Assembly: GCA_035607055.1 (NCBI GenBank)
Contig: DATNDC010000129.1
Location: 8,999-72,998, forward strand
DNA length: 64,000 nt
Source: Polyangia bacterium
GTDB taxonomy: Bacteria > Myxococcota_A > Polyangia > Fen-1088
Direction: 5' to 3'
Shown here piece after piece: positions 9,243 through 18,919 of this stretch. The notes under the pieces are model-generated. The model ran no database searches and was not told the origin of the DNA. It worked only from the letters and a program-made list of their open reading frames with translations. Numbering within the stretch: the first letter of the stretch is position 1; each line of letters begins with the position of its first letter. Position numbers and translations under genes: made by a program.

Positions 9243-10199
9243 GTGATTCGCGTCCTAGGGCTGGCGAAGACTTACGGGCGGGCCGACGTCCCGGCGCTCG
9301 ACGGCGTGTCGTTCGAGATCGGGCGGGGCGAGGTGGTCGGCCTGCTCGGCCCCAACGGCGCGGGCAAGACCACCATGATGCGGATCCTCACCTGCTTCCT
9401 GGCGCCGACGCGCGGCCAGGCGGTGCTGGCGGGCGCCTCGATCGCCGACGACCCGCGCGGCGTGCGGCGCGCGGTCGGCTACCTGCCGGAGGCGGTGCCG
9501 CTGCCGCCCGAGATGCGGGTCGACGAGTACCTCGACTTTCGCGCGGCGCTCAAGGGCGTCGCCGCGCGCGCGCGCCGGACGGCGGTCGGCGAGGCGGCCG
9601 AGCTGGTCGGGCTCGCGGCGCGGCGGCGCCAGATCGTGGGGACGCTGTCGCGCGGCTACCGGCAGCGGGTGGGGCTGGCCGACGCGCTTTTGGGGCGGCC
9701 ACCCATTCTGATCCTCGACGAGCCGACGGTCGGGCTCGACCCCAACCAGATCCGCGAGACGCGGGCGCTCATCCGGGAGCTCGGGCGCGAGCGGACGATC
9801 CTGCTCTCCACGCACATTCTGTCGGAGGTGGAGGCGATCGCGGCGCGGGTGATCATCCTGCGCGCGGGGCGCATCGTGGCGGCGGAGACCCAGGCCGCGC
9901 TGGCGGCGCGGGTGGCGGGCGCGCGCCGGGTGGTCGTCGAGCTCGCCCCGGGCGACCTGCCGCGCGCGGTGGAGGCGCTCCGCGGCGTGGCCGGCGTGGG
10001 CGCGCTCGTCCCCGTCGACGAGACGCACCTCGGGCTCGCGCTCGCCGGTGGCGCCGCGGACGACGGCCCGGTCCGCGAGGCCATCTTTCGCGCCGCGGCG
10101 GCCGCTGGTCTCGCGCTGCGCGAGCTGCGGCTCGAGGCCCCGTCCCTGGAGGAGATCTTCGCGCGCGCCACGTCCGAGAACGGAGAACGGCCCGCGTGA
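9243..10199 (+). CDS. ABC transporter ATP-binding protein (GldA-like, ABC-2 type)
   Basis: GTG start. Walker A GPNGAGKTT, signature LSRGYRQRV, Walker B ILILDEPTVGLD. 4-nt overlap with the downstream permease. Confidence 0.9.
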   Translation: MIRVLGLAKTYGRADVPALDGVSFEIGRGEVVGLLGPNGAGKTTMMRILTCFLAPTRGQAVLAGASIADDPRGVRRAVGYLPEAVPLPPEMRVDEYLDFRAALKGVAARARRTAVGEAAELVGLAARRRQIVGTLSRGYRQRVGLADALLGRPPILILDEPTVGLDPNQIRETRALIRELGRERTILLSTHILSEVEAIAARVIILRAGRIVAAETQAALAARVAGARRVVVELAPGDLPRAVEALRGVAGVGALVPVDETHLGLALAGGAADDGPVREAIFRAAAAAGLALRELRLEAPSLEEIFARATSENGERPA

Positions 10200-12439
10200 T
10201 CCGCCTGCTCGCGATCGCCCGCCGCGAGTGGGCCGCTTATTTGCGCACCCCGGCGGGCTGGGCGGTGCTGGCGCTATTTCTCTTCTTGCAGGGGATCGTG
10301 TTCTGGATGTTCGTCCAGTTCTTGGGGCGGCCCGACGCCCCGCCGGGCGGGGTGATGGAGTTCTTCTTCGGGGGCACCATCCTCTACTGGCTCGCGCTCG
10401 GCCTTCTGGCGACGGTGTTGCCGATGCGGCTCGTCGCCGAGGAGCTGCGCACGGGCACCATCGAGCCGCTGCTCACGGCGCCGGTCTCGCCGGGCGAGGT
10501 GGTGCTGGGCAAGTGGCTGGGGGCCTTCGGCTTCTACCTGGCGGCCTGGACGCCGACGCTGCTCTATCTGCTCTACCTCGACCGGGTGGGCGCCGGCCTC
10601 GATCCCGGGCCGATCGCCGCCGGCTACCTGGGGACCGTCCTGCTCGGCGCGGCGGCGCTGGCGGTCGGCCTCCTCGCCTCGTCGCTGACGCGCAACCAGC
10701 TCGTCGCCGCGACGCTGTCGTTCGTGGCGTTTCTGGCCGCGCTCCTGGCTGGGGCGCTCGAGGCCGAGGTGCGCGCGCCTGCCACCGCGGCGGCGCTCCG
10801 CCGCTACAGCCTGTTCCGGGTGATGGAGGACTTCGGCCACGGGATCGTCGACACGCGGCCGGTGATCTTGCTCCTCACGGTGGTCGCGCTGGCGCTCGCC
10901 GCCGCGACGGCGCGGATCGGCGCGCTGCGCGGTCCTGCGCCCGAGGACGCGCCGCCGGTGAGCCGCTGGTCGGGGCGGATCGCGGGCGCGCTGGTGGTCG
11001 TCATCGCGTTGCTGGTCAACCTGATCGCCGCCCGCCACTACGCCCGCGGCGACTGGACGCGGGGGTCGCTCTACGCGCTCTCCGACGAGACGGTCGCCGT
11101 CCTGCGCGAGCTGCCGCGCCCGGTCGAGGCGACCGTCTTCCTCTACCCCAAGCGGGACTCCGAGCGCGCGCGGACGGTGGCCGGTTTCGTGCGCGAGCTG
11201 ACCGAGAGGTTCTCGCGCGCGTCGCATGGTCTGTTCCACGCCGAGCTCGTCGATCCCGACCGCGCGCCGGAACGGGCCGAGGCGGCCGCCAAGCGGTACG
11301 GCATCGGCGCCTACGAGATGGGGCAGGGGGCGATCGTGTTCACCTCGGGCGGACGTTCGAAGGTGGTGACCGAGGACGATCTCGTCGAGCCGGAGGTCGA
11401 CGCCGACGGCGAGCCGGGGCCGGCCATTGCCGCCTGGCGGGGCGAGGCGGCGTTCGTCTCGGCGGTCCTGGCGGTCACCGACGACCACCCGCCGCTGGTC
11501 TGCTTCAGCAAGGGGCACGGCGAGCCCGACATCGCGTCGACGGCAGACGGCGGCTACGCGACCTTCGCCGAGAGCCTGCACGGCGCCGGCTACGAAACGC
11601 GCGCCGTCGAGAAGCTGGGCGATCTCGGCGGTGCAGGTTGCCGGGTCGTCGTGGTGGCCGAGCCGACGCAGGCCTTCTCGCCGCCGGAGCTGGCGGCCCT
11701 CGCGGCGTACCTCGACGGCGGCGGGCGTCTGCTGGCCATGGTGGGGCCCGTGTTCGCGCCCGGCGGCGCCGCCTTCGCGCACCTCGGGCTCGGGGCGCTG
11801 GCCGCGCGCTACGGCGTGCGGCTGGGCGACAACCTGGTCGTCGATCCGTCGCGGGCCAGCGACGTCGAGGGGCCCTCGGTCTGGGCGGCCGGCCCGGACA
11901 GCTACGCGCCCCACGCGATCACGGCGCGGCTGGGCGGGCGGCTCACCTTCTGGCCGCGGACGCGCGAGGTCTCGCCCCTGGAGCCGCCCGCGGGGACGAC
12001 CGTCGCGCCGCTCGTGCACACCAGCGCCGAAGGGTGGGGGGAGACTGATCTGGCCACCATCCGGGGAGACGCCGATTTGACCTTCGACGCCGGCCGCGAT
12101 CGGAAGGGCCCGGTCCCGGTGGCGGTGGCCGTCGAGCGGGCGGCCACGAGCGCGACGCCGGCGACACGGCTCGTCTTCCTCGGCACCGGCCGGCTGGTGA
12201 TGAACTACCGCCTCTCGGGCGTCACGCTGCGCGACTACGACGCCGACTTCGTGCTCTCGGCCGTCGGGTGGTTGGCCGGGCGCGAGGCCCGGATCGGCGT
12301 CGGCCCGAAGGTCACCCACCGCGTCGCGCTCACGCTCACCGCCGCCCAGGTGAGCTGGGCGTTTCGGCTGTTCGCGATGGGGCTGCCGTTCCTGGCGCTG
12401 GCGGCGGGGGCCTGGGTCTGGACGCGGCGGCGGGTCTGA
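10196..12439 (+). CDS. Fused ABC-2 permease (GldF-like) and GldG-like auxiliary domain
   Basis: The N-terminal ~240 aa hold six hydrophobic helices typical of ABC-2 permeases. A large soluble GldG-type domain follows, and the C-terminus has a TM helix (FRLFAMGLPFLALAAGAWVW). Confidence 0.8.
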   Translation: MIRLLAIARREWAAYLRTPAGWAVLALFLFLQGIVFWMFVQFLGRPDAPPGGVMEFFFGGTILYWLALGLLATVLPMRLVAEELRTGTIEPLLTAPVSPGEVVLGKWLGAFGFYLAAWTPTLLYLLYLDRVGAGLDPGPIAAGYLGTVLLGAAALAVGLLASSLTRNQLVAATLSFVAFLAALLAGALEAEVRAPATAAALRRYSLFRVMEDFGHGIVDTRPVILLLTVVALALAAATARIGALRGPAPEDAPPVSRWSGRIAGALVVVIALLVNLIAARHYARGDWTRGSLYALSDETVAVLRELPRPVEATVFLYPKRDSERARTVAGFVRELTERFSRASHGLFHAELVDPDRAPERAEAAAKRYGIGAYEMGQGAIVFTSGGRSKVVTEDDLVEPEVDADGEPGPAIAAWRGEAAFVSAVLAVTDDHPPLVCFSKGHGEPDIASTADGGYATFAESLHGAGYETRAVEKLGDLGGAGCRVVVVAEPTQAFSPPELAALAAYLDGGGRLLAMVGPVFAPGGAAFAHLGLGALAARYGVRLGDNLVVDPSRASDVEGPSVWAAGPDSYAPHAITARLGGRLTFWPRTREVSPLEPPAGTTVAPLVHTSAEGWGETDLATIRGDADLTFDAGRDRKGPVPVAVAVERAATSATPATRLVFLGTGRLVMNYRLSGVTLRDYDADFVLSAVGWLAGREARIGVGPKVTHRVALTLTAAQVSWAFRLFAMGLPFLALAAGAWVWTRRRV

Positions 12440-14040
12440 TGCGCAAGGTGGCCCTCCTGGCCGCGATCGCGGCGCTGCTCGCCGCGTATCTTTTGTTCGT
12501 GGATCGCCGGCCGTCAGGCGGCGGCCCCGGCGCGGCGAGCAGTCTCCTGCCGGCTTTCGATCCGTCGGCCGTTCGGCGGATCACGATTGCCCGCGCCGGA
12601 TCGGCGCCGTTCTCGCTCGAGCGCCAGGCGGCCGGGCAGACGCCCGCCTGGAAGGAGACGCCGGGAGACCGGCCGGCCGACGCCGCCGCCGTCGAGGATC
12701 TGCTGGGCGCGCTGGACGTCGCCGAGACGACCCGCTCGGCCGATCTGACGGACGCGGCGGCGGGGCTCTCGCCTCCGAAAGTCACGATCGCGCTCGACAG
12801 CTCGGGCGGCTCGACCACCGTCGCGCTGGGCCGGCCCGACGCCGGTCAGGGGGTCTTCGCGCGCGTGACCGGCTCGCCGGCGGTGCGGGTGGCGCCACGC
12901 CGGCTGCTCGAGCTCGCCGACCGGGACGCGGAGGCGTTTCGCGACCACCACCTCGTTCCGTTCGCTGCCGGCGAGATCGCGCGCATCGCCTGGCGGCGCG
13001 CCGCCGGCGGCGAGCGTGCTCTCGTTCGAGATGGCGCGCGCTGGAAGGACGAGACGTCGAGCTGGCTCGCCAACGCGCGGGTCGAGGAGGCGCTGCGCCG
13101 TCTCGCTGCTCTGCGCGCCGCGCGCGTGCTACCGCCGGCCTCGTCGGAGGCGCCCGAGCGAATCGAGATCGACGCCGTGAACGGCCGGAAGGTGACGCTC
13201 GCCGCCGGGGCGAACGGATGCGGCGCGGCCGAGACGTTCGTCGAGCGCGACGCCGCCGAGGGGACCTGCCTGCCGTCGGACGCGTGGGAGGGGTTCCTGC
13301 GCTCGCTGGCCGCGGCGCTGGCGCCCGATCGCCGGCTGGTGTCGTCGCCGCCCGACGCGATCGCGCGGGTGGAGATCACCGAGGGGACCACGCGGCTCGC
13401 GCTGGCGCGCGCGTCGGCCACGAGCTGGCGGCTCGAAGCGCCGAAGGAGAGCTACCTCGTCGATCCGCGCGCGGTCGACGACTGGCTCGCGGCGCTCGGG
13501 CACGTCGACGTACGACCGCCGGGCGCCGCCCGCCGACCCCATGTTCGTCACCTGGTGATCGAGGCGCGCTATCGCGAGACGGCCGACCTGGCGCCGGGAG
13601 ACCCCGGCTACGCGCTGCTCGATCCCGATCCGCTCCGTTTTCGCGACCGGGCCGTGCTCGACTTCGCGCATTTCGACGCCCGCACGCTGCGGCGGACCTC
13701 CGGCGGCCGCACCCTCGAGCTCGCCAGCGCCGACGGCGAGTCCTGGCGGGCGGTGGCGCCGGCCGGCGCGGTCGTCGAGGGGACGAACGTGGCGCGCGTC
13801 GTGGGCACGCTCGGCAACCTGCACGCGGAGAGCTTCCTGACGAAGCCTCCCGGCGGCACGCCGGACCTGACCCTGGAGGTGGCGGTGCAGCCGCCGGGCG
13901 AGGCGCAGCCGGCCCGCCACACGATCGAGCTCGCCAAAACGAAAGAGGCGCCCGGGTGCGCCGGACGCCTCGATCGCCAGACCTGGTTTTTACTCGCGCA
14001 GGCAGCCTGCGACGAGCTCCGCCTGCCGCTCACCAAGTAG
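12439..14040 (+). CDS. DUF4340-like protein (usual partner of GldG systems)
   Basis: Start set at ATG 12439, which overlaps the upstream stop (TGATG) and gives MRKVALLAAIAALLAAYLLFV (signal anchor). The track ORF start at 12268 lies inside the upstream gene. Confidence 0.6.
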   Translation: MRKVALLAAIAALLAAYLLFVDRRPSGGGPGAASSLLPAFDPSAVRRITIARAGSAPFSLERQAAGQTPAWKETPGDRPADAAAVEDLLGALDVAETTRSADLTDAAAGLSPPKVTIALDSSGGSTTVALGRPDAGQGVFARVTGSPAVRVAPRRLLELADRDAEAFRDHHLVPFAAGEIARIAWRRAAGGERALVRDGARWKDETSSWLANARVEEALRRLAALRAARVLPPASSEAPERIEIDAVNGRKVTLAAGANGCGAAETFVERDAAEGTCLPSDAWEGFLRSLAAALAPDRRLVSSPPDAIARVEITEGTTRLALARASATSWRLEAPKESYLVDPRAVDDWLAALGHVDVRPPGAARRPHVRHLVIEARYRETADLAPGDPGYALLDPDPLRFRDRAVLDFAHFDARTLRRTSGGRTLELASADGESWRAVAPAGAVVEGTNVARVVGTLGNLHAESFLTKPPGGTPDLTLEVAVQPPGEAQPARHTIELAKTKEAPGCAGRLDRQTWFLLAQAACDELRLPLTK

Positions 14041-14062
14041 CGGCGGGCGCGCTACTTCTCGG

Positions 14063-14833
14063 CTACTTTTTGCCTTTGGCCGCCTTCTCGGCGTCGATGC
14101 GGGCGCCGCCGACCTTCTCGGCCGGCTTCCCCTCGAGGTTGATCGTCTGGGCGTCGGGCGGCAGGATGGCGTTCCCCTCGGCGATCACGTTGCCCTGCGC
14201 GTCCTGGAACTTCTTGTGGATGATGAGCCCGTCGGACGCCGCGAACCCGCCGATCGAGTTGATCGAGAAGGTCCCCGTCACCACGTACTGCTCGCCCACC
14301 TTGGCCACCAGCGGCTTCGGCTTGCCGGTGTTCCAATCCTTGACCGGATAGTCGGCGACCAGCAGGCCGTGATCGAGCTTGGTCGTCGGCGTGTCGCCCA
14401 CCACGAAGTACGGCTGATCGCACGGCCGGCAACCGCCGGCCAGGGCCTTCGGATCGGGGGCCGCCGGACCCTTGCCCGGAACGCCGCCCGACTTCATCTC
14501 TTTGATCTTGGCCTTTTTCGTCTTGGCCGCGAGCTCGTCGTTGCACTTCCGTTGCTCGGCCGGGCACTCGTAGATGGTGAGCAGGTAGGCGCGCACCTGG
14601 ACGTCCTTGTCCATGTACTGGTTCATGTGCTTGCGCAGCCCGTAGATCGACATCTCGCCCGTCGGGTACTTCTCCGGCGCCTGCTGCACGTTGAAGTTCG
14701 GCGGCGGCGGAAGATCGACTTTGATCGGTGGCAGCTCCTGCCCCTGCCCGTAAGCTAGCCGAACGCTGCTCGGCGCGAGCAGCATTACTGCCAAAGGAAT
14801 AGTCCGGTGATATACGGTCGGCAGTCGCTTCAT
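14063..14833 (-). CDS. Secreted hypothetical protein (257 aa)
   Basis: Start set at ATG 14833, giving MKRLPTVYHRTIPLAVMLLAPSSVRLAYGQ (signal peptide). Lys-rich with paired Cys (YECPAEQRKC, GGCRPCDQ). The upstream part of track ORF 14063..15526 is antisense to the SBP gene. Confidence 0.6.
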   Translation of the reverse strand: MKRLPTVYHRTIPLAVMLLAPSSVRLAYGQGQELPPIKVDLPPPPNFNVQQAPEKYPTGEMSIYGLRKHMNQYMDKDVQVRAYLLTIYECPAEQRKCNDELAAKTKKAKIKEMKSGGVPGKGPAAPDPKALAGGCRPCDQPYFVVGDTPTTKLDHGLLVADYPVKDWNTGKPKPLVAKVGEQYVVTGTFSINSIGGFAASDGLIIHKKFQDAQGNVIAEGNAILPPDAQTINLEGKPAEKVGGARIDAEKAAKGKK

Positions 14834-14879
14834 GGGACGAGCCCTCCACCGCGCGATGCGGGTGACCCTGAATAACACG

Positions 14880-16547
14880 ATGAAATTTGGCGGGCAAGCG
14901 TCGGCGACACGGTTTGCGGCAGTGCTGGCCGTGGCCGCCGTCGTCGGAGGTGGCTGCCGATCCAAGAAGACGACCTCGGCCGCGGCGCGGGGCAAGGACG
15001 TGCCTGAGCTGGCGCCCCTCCGTCCACCGCCGCCTCCGGCCGAGCTGGTCCCCGAGCCGGCCGCCGTCGCCACGCCGGTTCGCCGGGGCGGCTCGCTGCG
15101 GGTGCACCTCGACGCCGAGCCGCAGAGCTTGCTGCCGCTCTCCGAGAGCGACGCCGCCGAGGCCCAGGTGACGAGCGGCCTGGTGTACGAGACGCTGCTT
15201 GATTGCCGCGACGGAACGTACAAGCCCGGGCTGGCCGAGAGCTGGGACGTCTCGAACGACGGCATGCGTCTGGCCGTCCGCGTCCGCGGCGGCGTCCGCT
15301 GGCACGACCACCGCGCCTTCGGCGTCCTCGACGTGCAGGGGACGGTCGAGCCGCTGCTGCGGACCGGCACCGACGCGCCGGTCCTGCGCGCCGAGCTGGC
15401 CGACGTCGCGTCGGTCGAGCTGGTCACCGAGCGGACCATCCGCTTCGTCCTCAAGCGCCCCTCGGACCTCGCGCTGCGCGCGCTCTGCGACGTGCCGATG
15501 CTCCCCGACCACCTGGTGCACGGCATCCGCCCCGAGGCCTCGCCGATCGCGCGCCAGCCGGTCGGGACGGGGCCCTATCGCTTCGCCGGCTGGGAGCACG
15601 GCAAGCGGATCCGGCTCGAACGGGCGCCCGAGTACTGGGGCGAGCCGCCCGGCGTCGACGAGATCGTCTTCGACCTCGATCCCGACGCCGTCCGCGCCCT
15701 CAACCGCACGCGCCGCGGCGACATCGACCTGCTCTCGCGGGTCATCGACGCGCACTATCCTGATCAGGTCGAGCCGACGACGCTGCACGGCGCGACGCGG
15801 CTGCTCCGGCTGCGCACGCGCCGGTACTCGTTCCTCTCCGTCAACCACCTGCACTACCCGCTGGCCGATCCGCGCTTCCGGAAGGCGCTGGCGATGCTCT
15901 GGGACCGCGCCCGGTTCGCGGGCGAGCTGCACAACGACCTGGCGCAGCCGATCGGTGGCCCGCCGTTCGAGGACGACATCCCGGCCCCGGCGCTCGACCG
16001 GCCGCGCGCGGCGGCGGCGCTCGACGACGCCGGCTACCGCGACAGCGACGCCGACGGCGTGCGCGATCACCTCGGTCACCCGATCCGTCTCACGCTGCTC
16101 GAGCCGGCCGGCAACAAGCAATTTCACATCGAGGCGCACGCCTTCGCGCTGGAGGCGCGCAAGGCCGGCATCCTGATCGATCTGCTGCCCGCCGACTCGG
16201 CGACGATCTTCAATCGCCTCAAGCGCGGCGAGTACGATCTGGCGCCGCTCATCTGGGAGGGGGCGCCCGACGAGAATCCCGAGCCGCTCTACGGCGCGGC
16301 CGGGCCTTTCAACTACGGCGGCTACCGGTCGAGCGCGCTGGACGCGCTGCTCGACGAGGCGCGCGGCGCCGCCGGGCCGGTCGCGCGCGCGCCGATTCTC
16401 TCCCGCATCGGGCGCCTGCTGGCCGACGATCAGCCGGTGATCTTCCTTTACCGTTACGACGTCCCGGCGCTGGCGTCGACGCGGGTTCACGGCCTGGCAG
16501 CGATCGGCGACCGGTTCGATCTGCGGCGCGTGTGGCTCGACCAATGA
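14880..16547 (+). CDS. ABC transporter substrate-binding lipoprotein, family 5 (peptide/nickel type)
   Basis: MKFGGQASATRFAAVLAVAAVVGGGC lipobox. Family-5 SBP motifs: YKPGLAESWDVSNDG, GTGPYRFAGWEHGKRIRLERAPEYWG. Confidence 0.85.
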   Translation: MKFGGQASATRFAAVLAVAAVVGGGCRSKKTTSAAARGKDVPELAPLRPPPPPAELVPEPAAVATPVRRGGSLRVHLDAEPQSLLPLSESDAAEAQVTSGLVYETLLDCRDGTYKPGLAESWDVSNDGMRLAVRVRGGVRWHDHRAFGVLDVQGTVEPLLRTGTDAPVLRAELADVASVELVTERTIRFVLKRPSDLALRALCDVPMLPDHLVHGIRPEASPIARQPVGTGPYRFAGWEHGKRIRLERAPEYWGEPPGVDEIVFDLDPDAVRALNRTRRGDIDLLSRVIDAHYPDQVEPTTLHGATRLLRLRTRRYSFLSVNHLHYPLADPRFRKALAMLWDRARFAGELHNDLAQPIGGPPFEDDIPAPALDRPRAAAALDDAGYRDSDADGVRDHLGHPIRLTLLEPAGNKQFHIEAHAFALEARKAGILIDLLPADSATIFNRLKRGEYDLAPLIWEGAPDENPEPLYGAAGPFNYGGYRSSALDALLDEARGAAGPVARAPILSRIGRLLADDQPVIFLYRYDVPALASTRVHGLAAIGDRFDLRRVWLDQ

Positions 16548-17653
16548 CGACGGCGGCGGCGCTCGCGCTGGCGGGCCTTTGGGCCGTCGAGTCGAGCGCC
16601 GCGGGCCAGTCCTGCTTGCCGCCCGCACCGCTCGGCGGCCCCGGCGTCGCCGATCCGTTCAAGGCGCCCGATCCGAAGGCGACCGCGCTGAACGAAGCGG
16701 GGAAGGTCCTCTATCGCCAGGAGAAGTGGGAGGAGGCGCGCGCGCAGTACCGCGCGGCGGAGGCCGCCGATCCGAGCTTCCTGGCGCCCCGCCTCAACGT
16801 CGCCTGCTCGTTCGTGCGCCAGGAGCGGTTCGCCGAGGCGGTGGTCGAGGTGCGCGCGCTCATCGAGCGGGCGTACTTGCCCTGGTCGCGGGAGGTGCTG
16901 GAGGCGGCGGATCTGGGCGCGCTCAAGGTCCAGCCCCAGATGGCGGAGGTCAAGCAGGCGCTCTCCCAGGCGGCGCTGGCCTGGGGGGCCGGGCTCGACG
17001 AGAGCGTCATCTTCGTGGGCCGGCAGCGCGAGCCGCTGCATGTCCCGGCGGCTGGCGCGGGCGAGTTCATCTTGAACCCGCACCAGGAGGTCTTCGCCTT
17101 TCTCCCGGCCACGGGCCGGTTCCGCCAGCTCACCGCGGACGACGGGCACGTGGTGGCCATGGCGTCGTCCCTCGACCGGCGCCGGATCGCCGTCGTCACC
17201 GCGGAGAAGCTTTTGCGCGGCGCGAAGCCGGGCGACGTGATGCTCGACGGCGTCGCGCTCTCCGAGCTGACGCTGGCCACGATGACCCGCGATCCGCCGA
17301 TTCCCATCCCGGGCGGCGTGCGGCGGCTCGAGATCGGCGGGACGCCCCACGGATTCATTTTCCGCCTCGAGGGCGCGCGGCTCTCGGGACGGTTCGTCGT
17401 GGGGGCCGGGGGAAGGCTGGTTCCGCTCGGGGGGACCGAGCCGCGATCGGCCGGTTCGGTGCTGGCCGTGCTCACGCCGGGCGGGGCGCTCGAGGCGCCC
17501 CCGCTCCCGATCGCGGGTAGCTGCCCGGTGGTCGCGCGTGACATCTCCACGCCGGGCGGCGGGCGGGCGATCGGGCTCCGCGCCCGCGGGCATTCAGCAA
17601 GGACGATCGGCGCGCGGTTCGGTGCAGGGCTGGCCGGACTTCCGCTCCCGTGA
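16544..17653 (+). CDS. Secreted TPR-like hypothetical protein
   Basis: ATG 16544 overlaps the upstream stop (ATGA). Signal peptide MTTAAALALAGLWAVESSAA. One or two TPR-like helices (KVLYRQEKWEEARAQYRAAEAADPSF). Confidence 0.6.
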   Translation: MTTAAALALAGLWAVESSAAGQSCLPPAPLGGPGVADPFKAPDPKATALNEAGKVLYRQEKWEEARAQYRAAEAADPSFLAPRLNVACSFVRQERFAEAVVEVRALIERAYLPWSREVLEAADLGALKVQPQMAEVKQALSQAALAWGAGLDESVIFVGRQREPLHVPAAGAGEFILNPHQEVFAFLPATGRFRQLTADDGHVVAMASSLDRRRIAVVTAEKLLRGAKPGDVMLDGVALSELTLATMTRDPPIPIPGGVRRLEIGGTPHGFIFRLEGARLSGRFVVGAGGRLVPLGGTEPRSAGSVLAVLTPGGALEAPPLPIAGSCPVVARDISTPGGGRAIGLRARGHSARTIGARFGAGLAGLPLP

Positions 17654-17736
17654 CGGGGTCGCATCTTGGAAGTGAGTGGAAACTGAAAAAGGAGCAGAAA
17701 AATTGCGCTGCACCGCAGGTGGGATAGTGTACGACT

Positions 17737-17949
17737 ATGTCGGCAAAACACCGCACCCTCTGGATCGTTCCGGCGTTCGTGGTCGCCTCCTGGCTGGCGG
17801 TCCGCTCGCTGGCCGCGCTGCCTGCCTACGAGATGGACGACCCGCCCCTGGCGATGTCCACGCCGCAGATCGCGGATCCCGTGCTGGACGAGATGATCGC
17901 GCGCTTCGCCCACGAAGCAACCCACGGCGCGCGCCACGTGCGCAGATAA
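17737..17949 (+). CDS. Small membrane-anchored hypothetical protein (70 aa)
   Basis: G/C-rich third positions and an N-terminal hydrophobic helix (LWIVPAFVVASWLAVRSLAAL). It sits in an otherwise AT-richer spacer upstream of the epimerase gene. Confidence 0.4.
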   Translation: MSAKHRTLWIVPAFVVASWLAVRSLAALPAYEMDDPPLAMSTPQIADPVLDEMIARFAHEATHGARHVRR

Positions 17950-17968
17950 CCCCCGCCGGAGATCGTCC

Positions 17969-18919
17969 ATGACCCTCTGCCTGGTCACGGGTGGGGCGGG
18001 GTTCATCGGCTCGTCGCTCTGCCGCGCGCTCGTCGGGCGCGGCGACCGCGTGCGCGTCATCGACAACTTCTCGTCGGGCAAGCGCGAGAACCTGGCCGAC
18101 CTCTTGGATCGGGCCGACCCGATCGAGCTCATCGAGGGCGACATCCTCGACGATCGGGCGCTCGGCAAGGCGATCGAGGGGGTCGAGCTGGTGTTTCACC
18201 TGGCGGCCATTCCGTCGGTGCCGAAGTCGATGGCCGAGCCGATCGAGAACCACGCCGCCAACGCCACCGGCACGCTGCGCGTCCTCGAGCGCGGGCGGCG
18301 GGCGGGGATCCGGCGCCTGGTCTACTCCGCCTCGTCGGCCGCCTACGGCGACGATCCCGCGCTCCCCAAGGTCGAAACGATGCCGCCGGCGCCCATCTCG
18401 CCGTACGGCGGGTCGAAGCTGGCCGGCGAGCAGTACGCGCAGATCTACGCGCGCGGCTACGGCCTGGAGACGGTCTGCCTCCGCTACTTCAACGTGTTCG
18501 GACCGCGCCAGGATCCGGCCTCCGAGTACGCGGCGGTGATCCCCAAGTTCATCACCGCGGCGCTGGCGGGGAAGCAGCCGCGCATCTTCGGCGACGGCTC
18601 GCAGTCGCGCGACTTCTGCTACATCGACAACGTCGTCGAGGCGAACTTCAAGGCGGCGGCCGCCGCCGCCAGCGCCGTCTCGGGCGGCATGTTCAACATC
18701 GCCTGCGGCCAGGCGACGGATCTGAACCGCGTGGTGGCGCTGATCGGCGACCACCTGGGCAAGAAGCTGGCGGCGATCTACGAGGACGAGCGGGCGGGGG
18801 ACATCAAGCACTCCTGGGCCGACATCTCGGCCGCGCGCGCGCGCCTCGGCTACACGGCGGCCGTGTCGTTCGCCGAAGGGCTGGGACGGACGATCGACTG
18901 GTATAAGTCGAAGGGGTGA
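17969..18919 (+). CDS. NAD-dependent epimerase/dehydratase (UDP-sugar 4-epimerase family)
   Basis: Rossmann motif VTGGAGFIGSSL. Catalytic YGGSKLAGE (YxxxK). Extended-SDR length of 316 aa. Confidence 0.9.
   Translation: MTLCLVTGGAGFIGSSLCRALVGRGDRVRVIDNFSSGKRENLADLLDRADPIELIEGDILDDRALGKAIEGVELVFHLAAIPSVPKSMAEPIENHAANATGTLRVLERGRRAGIRRLVYSASSAAYGDDPALPKVETMPPAPISPYGGSKLAGEQYAQIYARGYGLETVCLRYFNVFGPRQDPASEYAAVIPKFITAALAGKQPRIFGDGSQSRDFCYIDNVVEANFKAAAAAASAVSGGMFNIACGQATDLNRVVALIGDHLGKKLAAIYEDERAGDIKHSWADISAARARLGYTAAVSFAEGLGRTIDWYKSKG

Noticed and set aside
14831-14834. Recurrent CATG shared by divergent ORF starts (14831-14834, 25678-25681, 63504-63507), suggesting overlapping divergent start codons
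   Set aside because: ATG is rare in this GC-rich DNA, and CATG reads as ATG on both strands, so the ORF caller extends both partners to it. In at least two of the three cases a better downstream start with a signal peptide exists for one partner.
17654-17736. Promoter motifs in the AT-richer spacer upstream of the 70-aa ORF and epimerase gene (ttgcgc ... gggatagtgtacgact)
   Set aside because: There is no convincing -10 element at proper spacing and no sigma-54 GG-N10-GC match. It is left uncalled.
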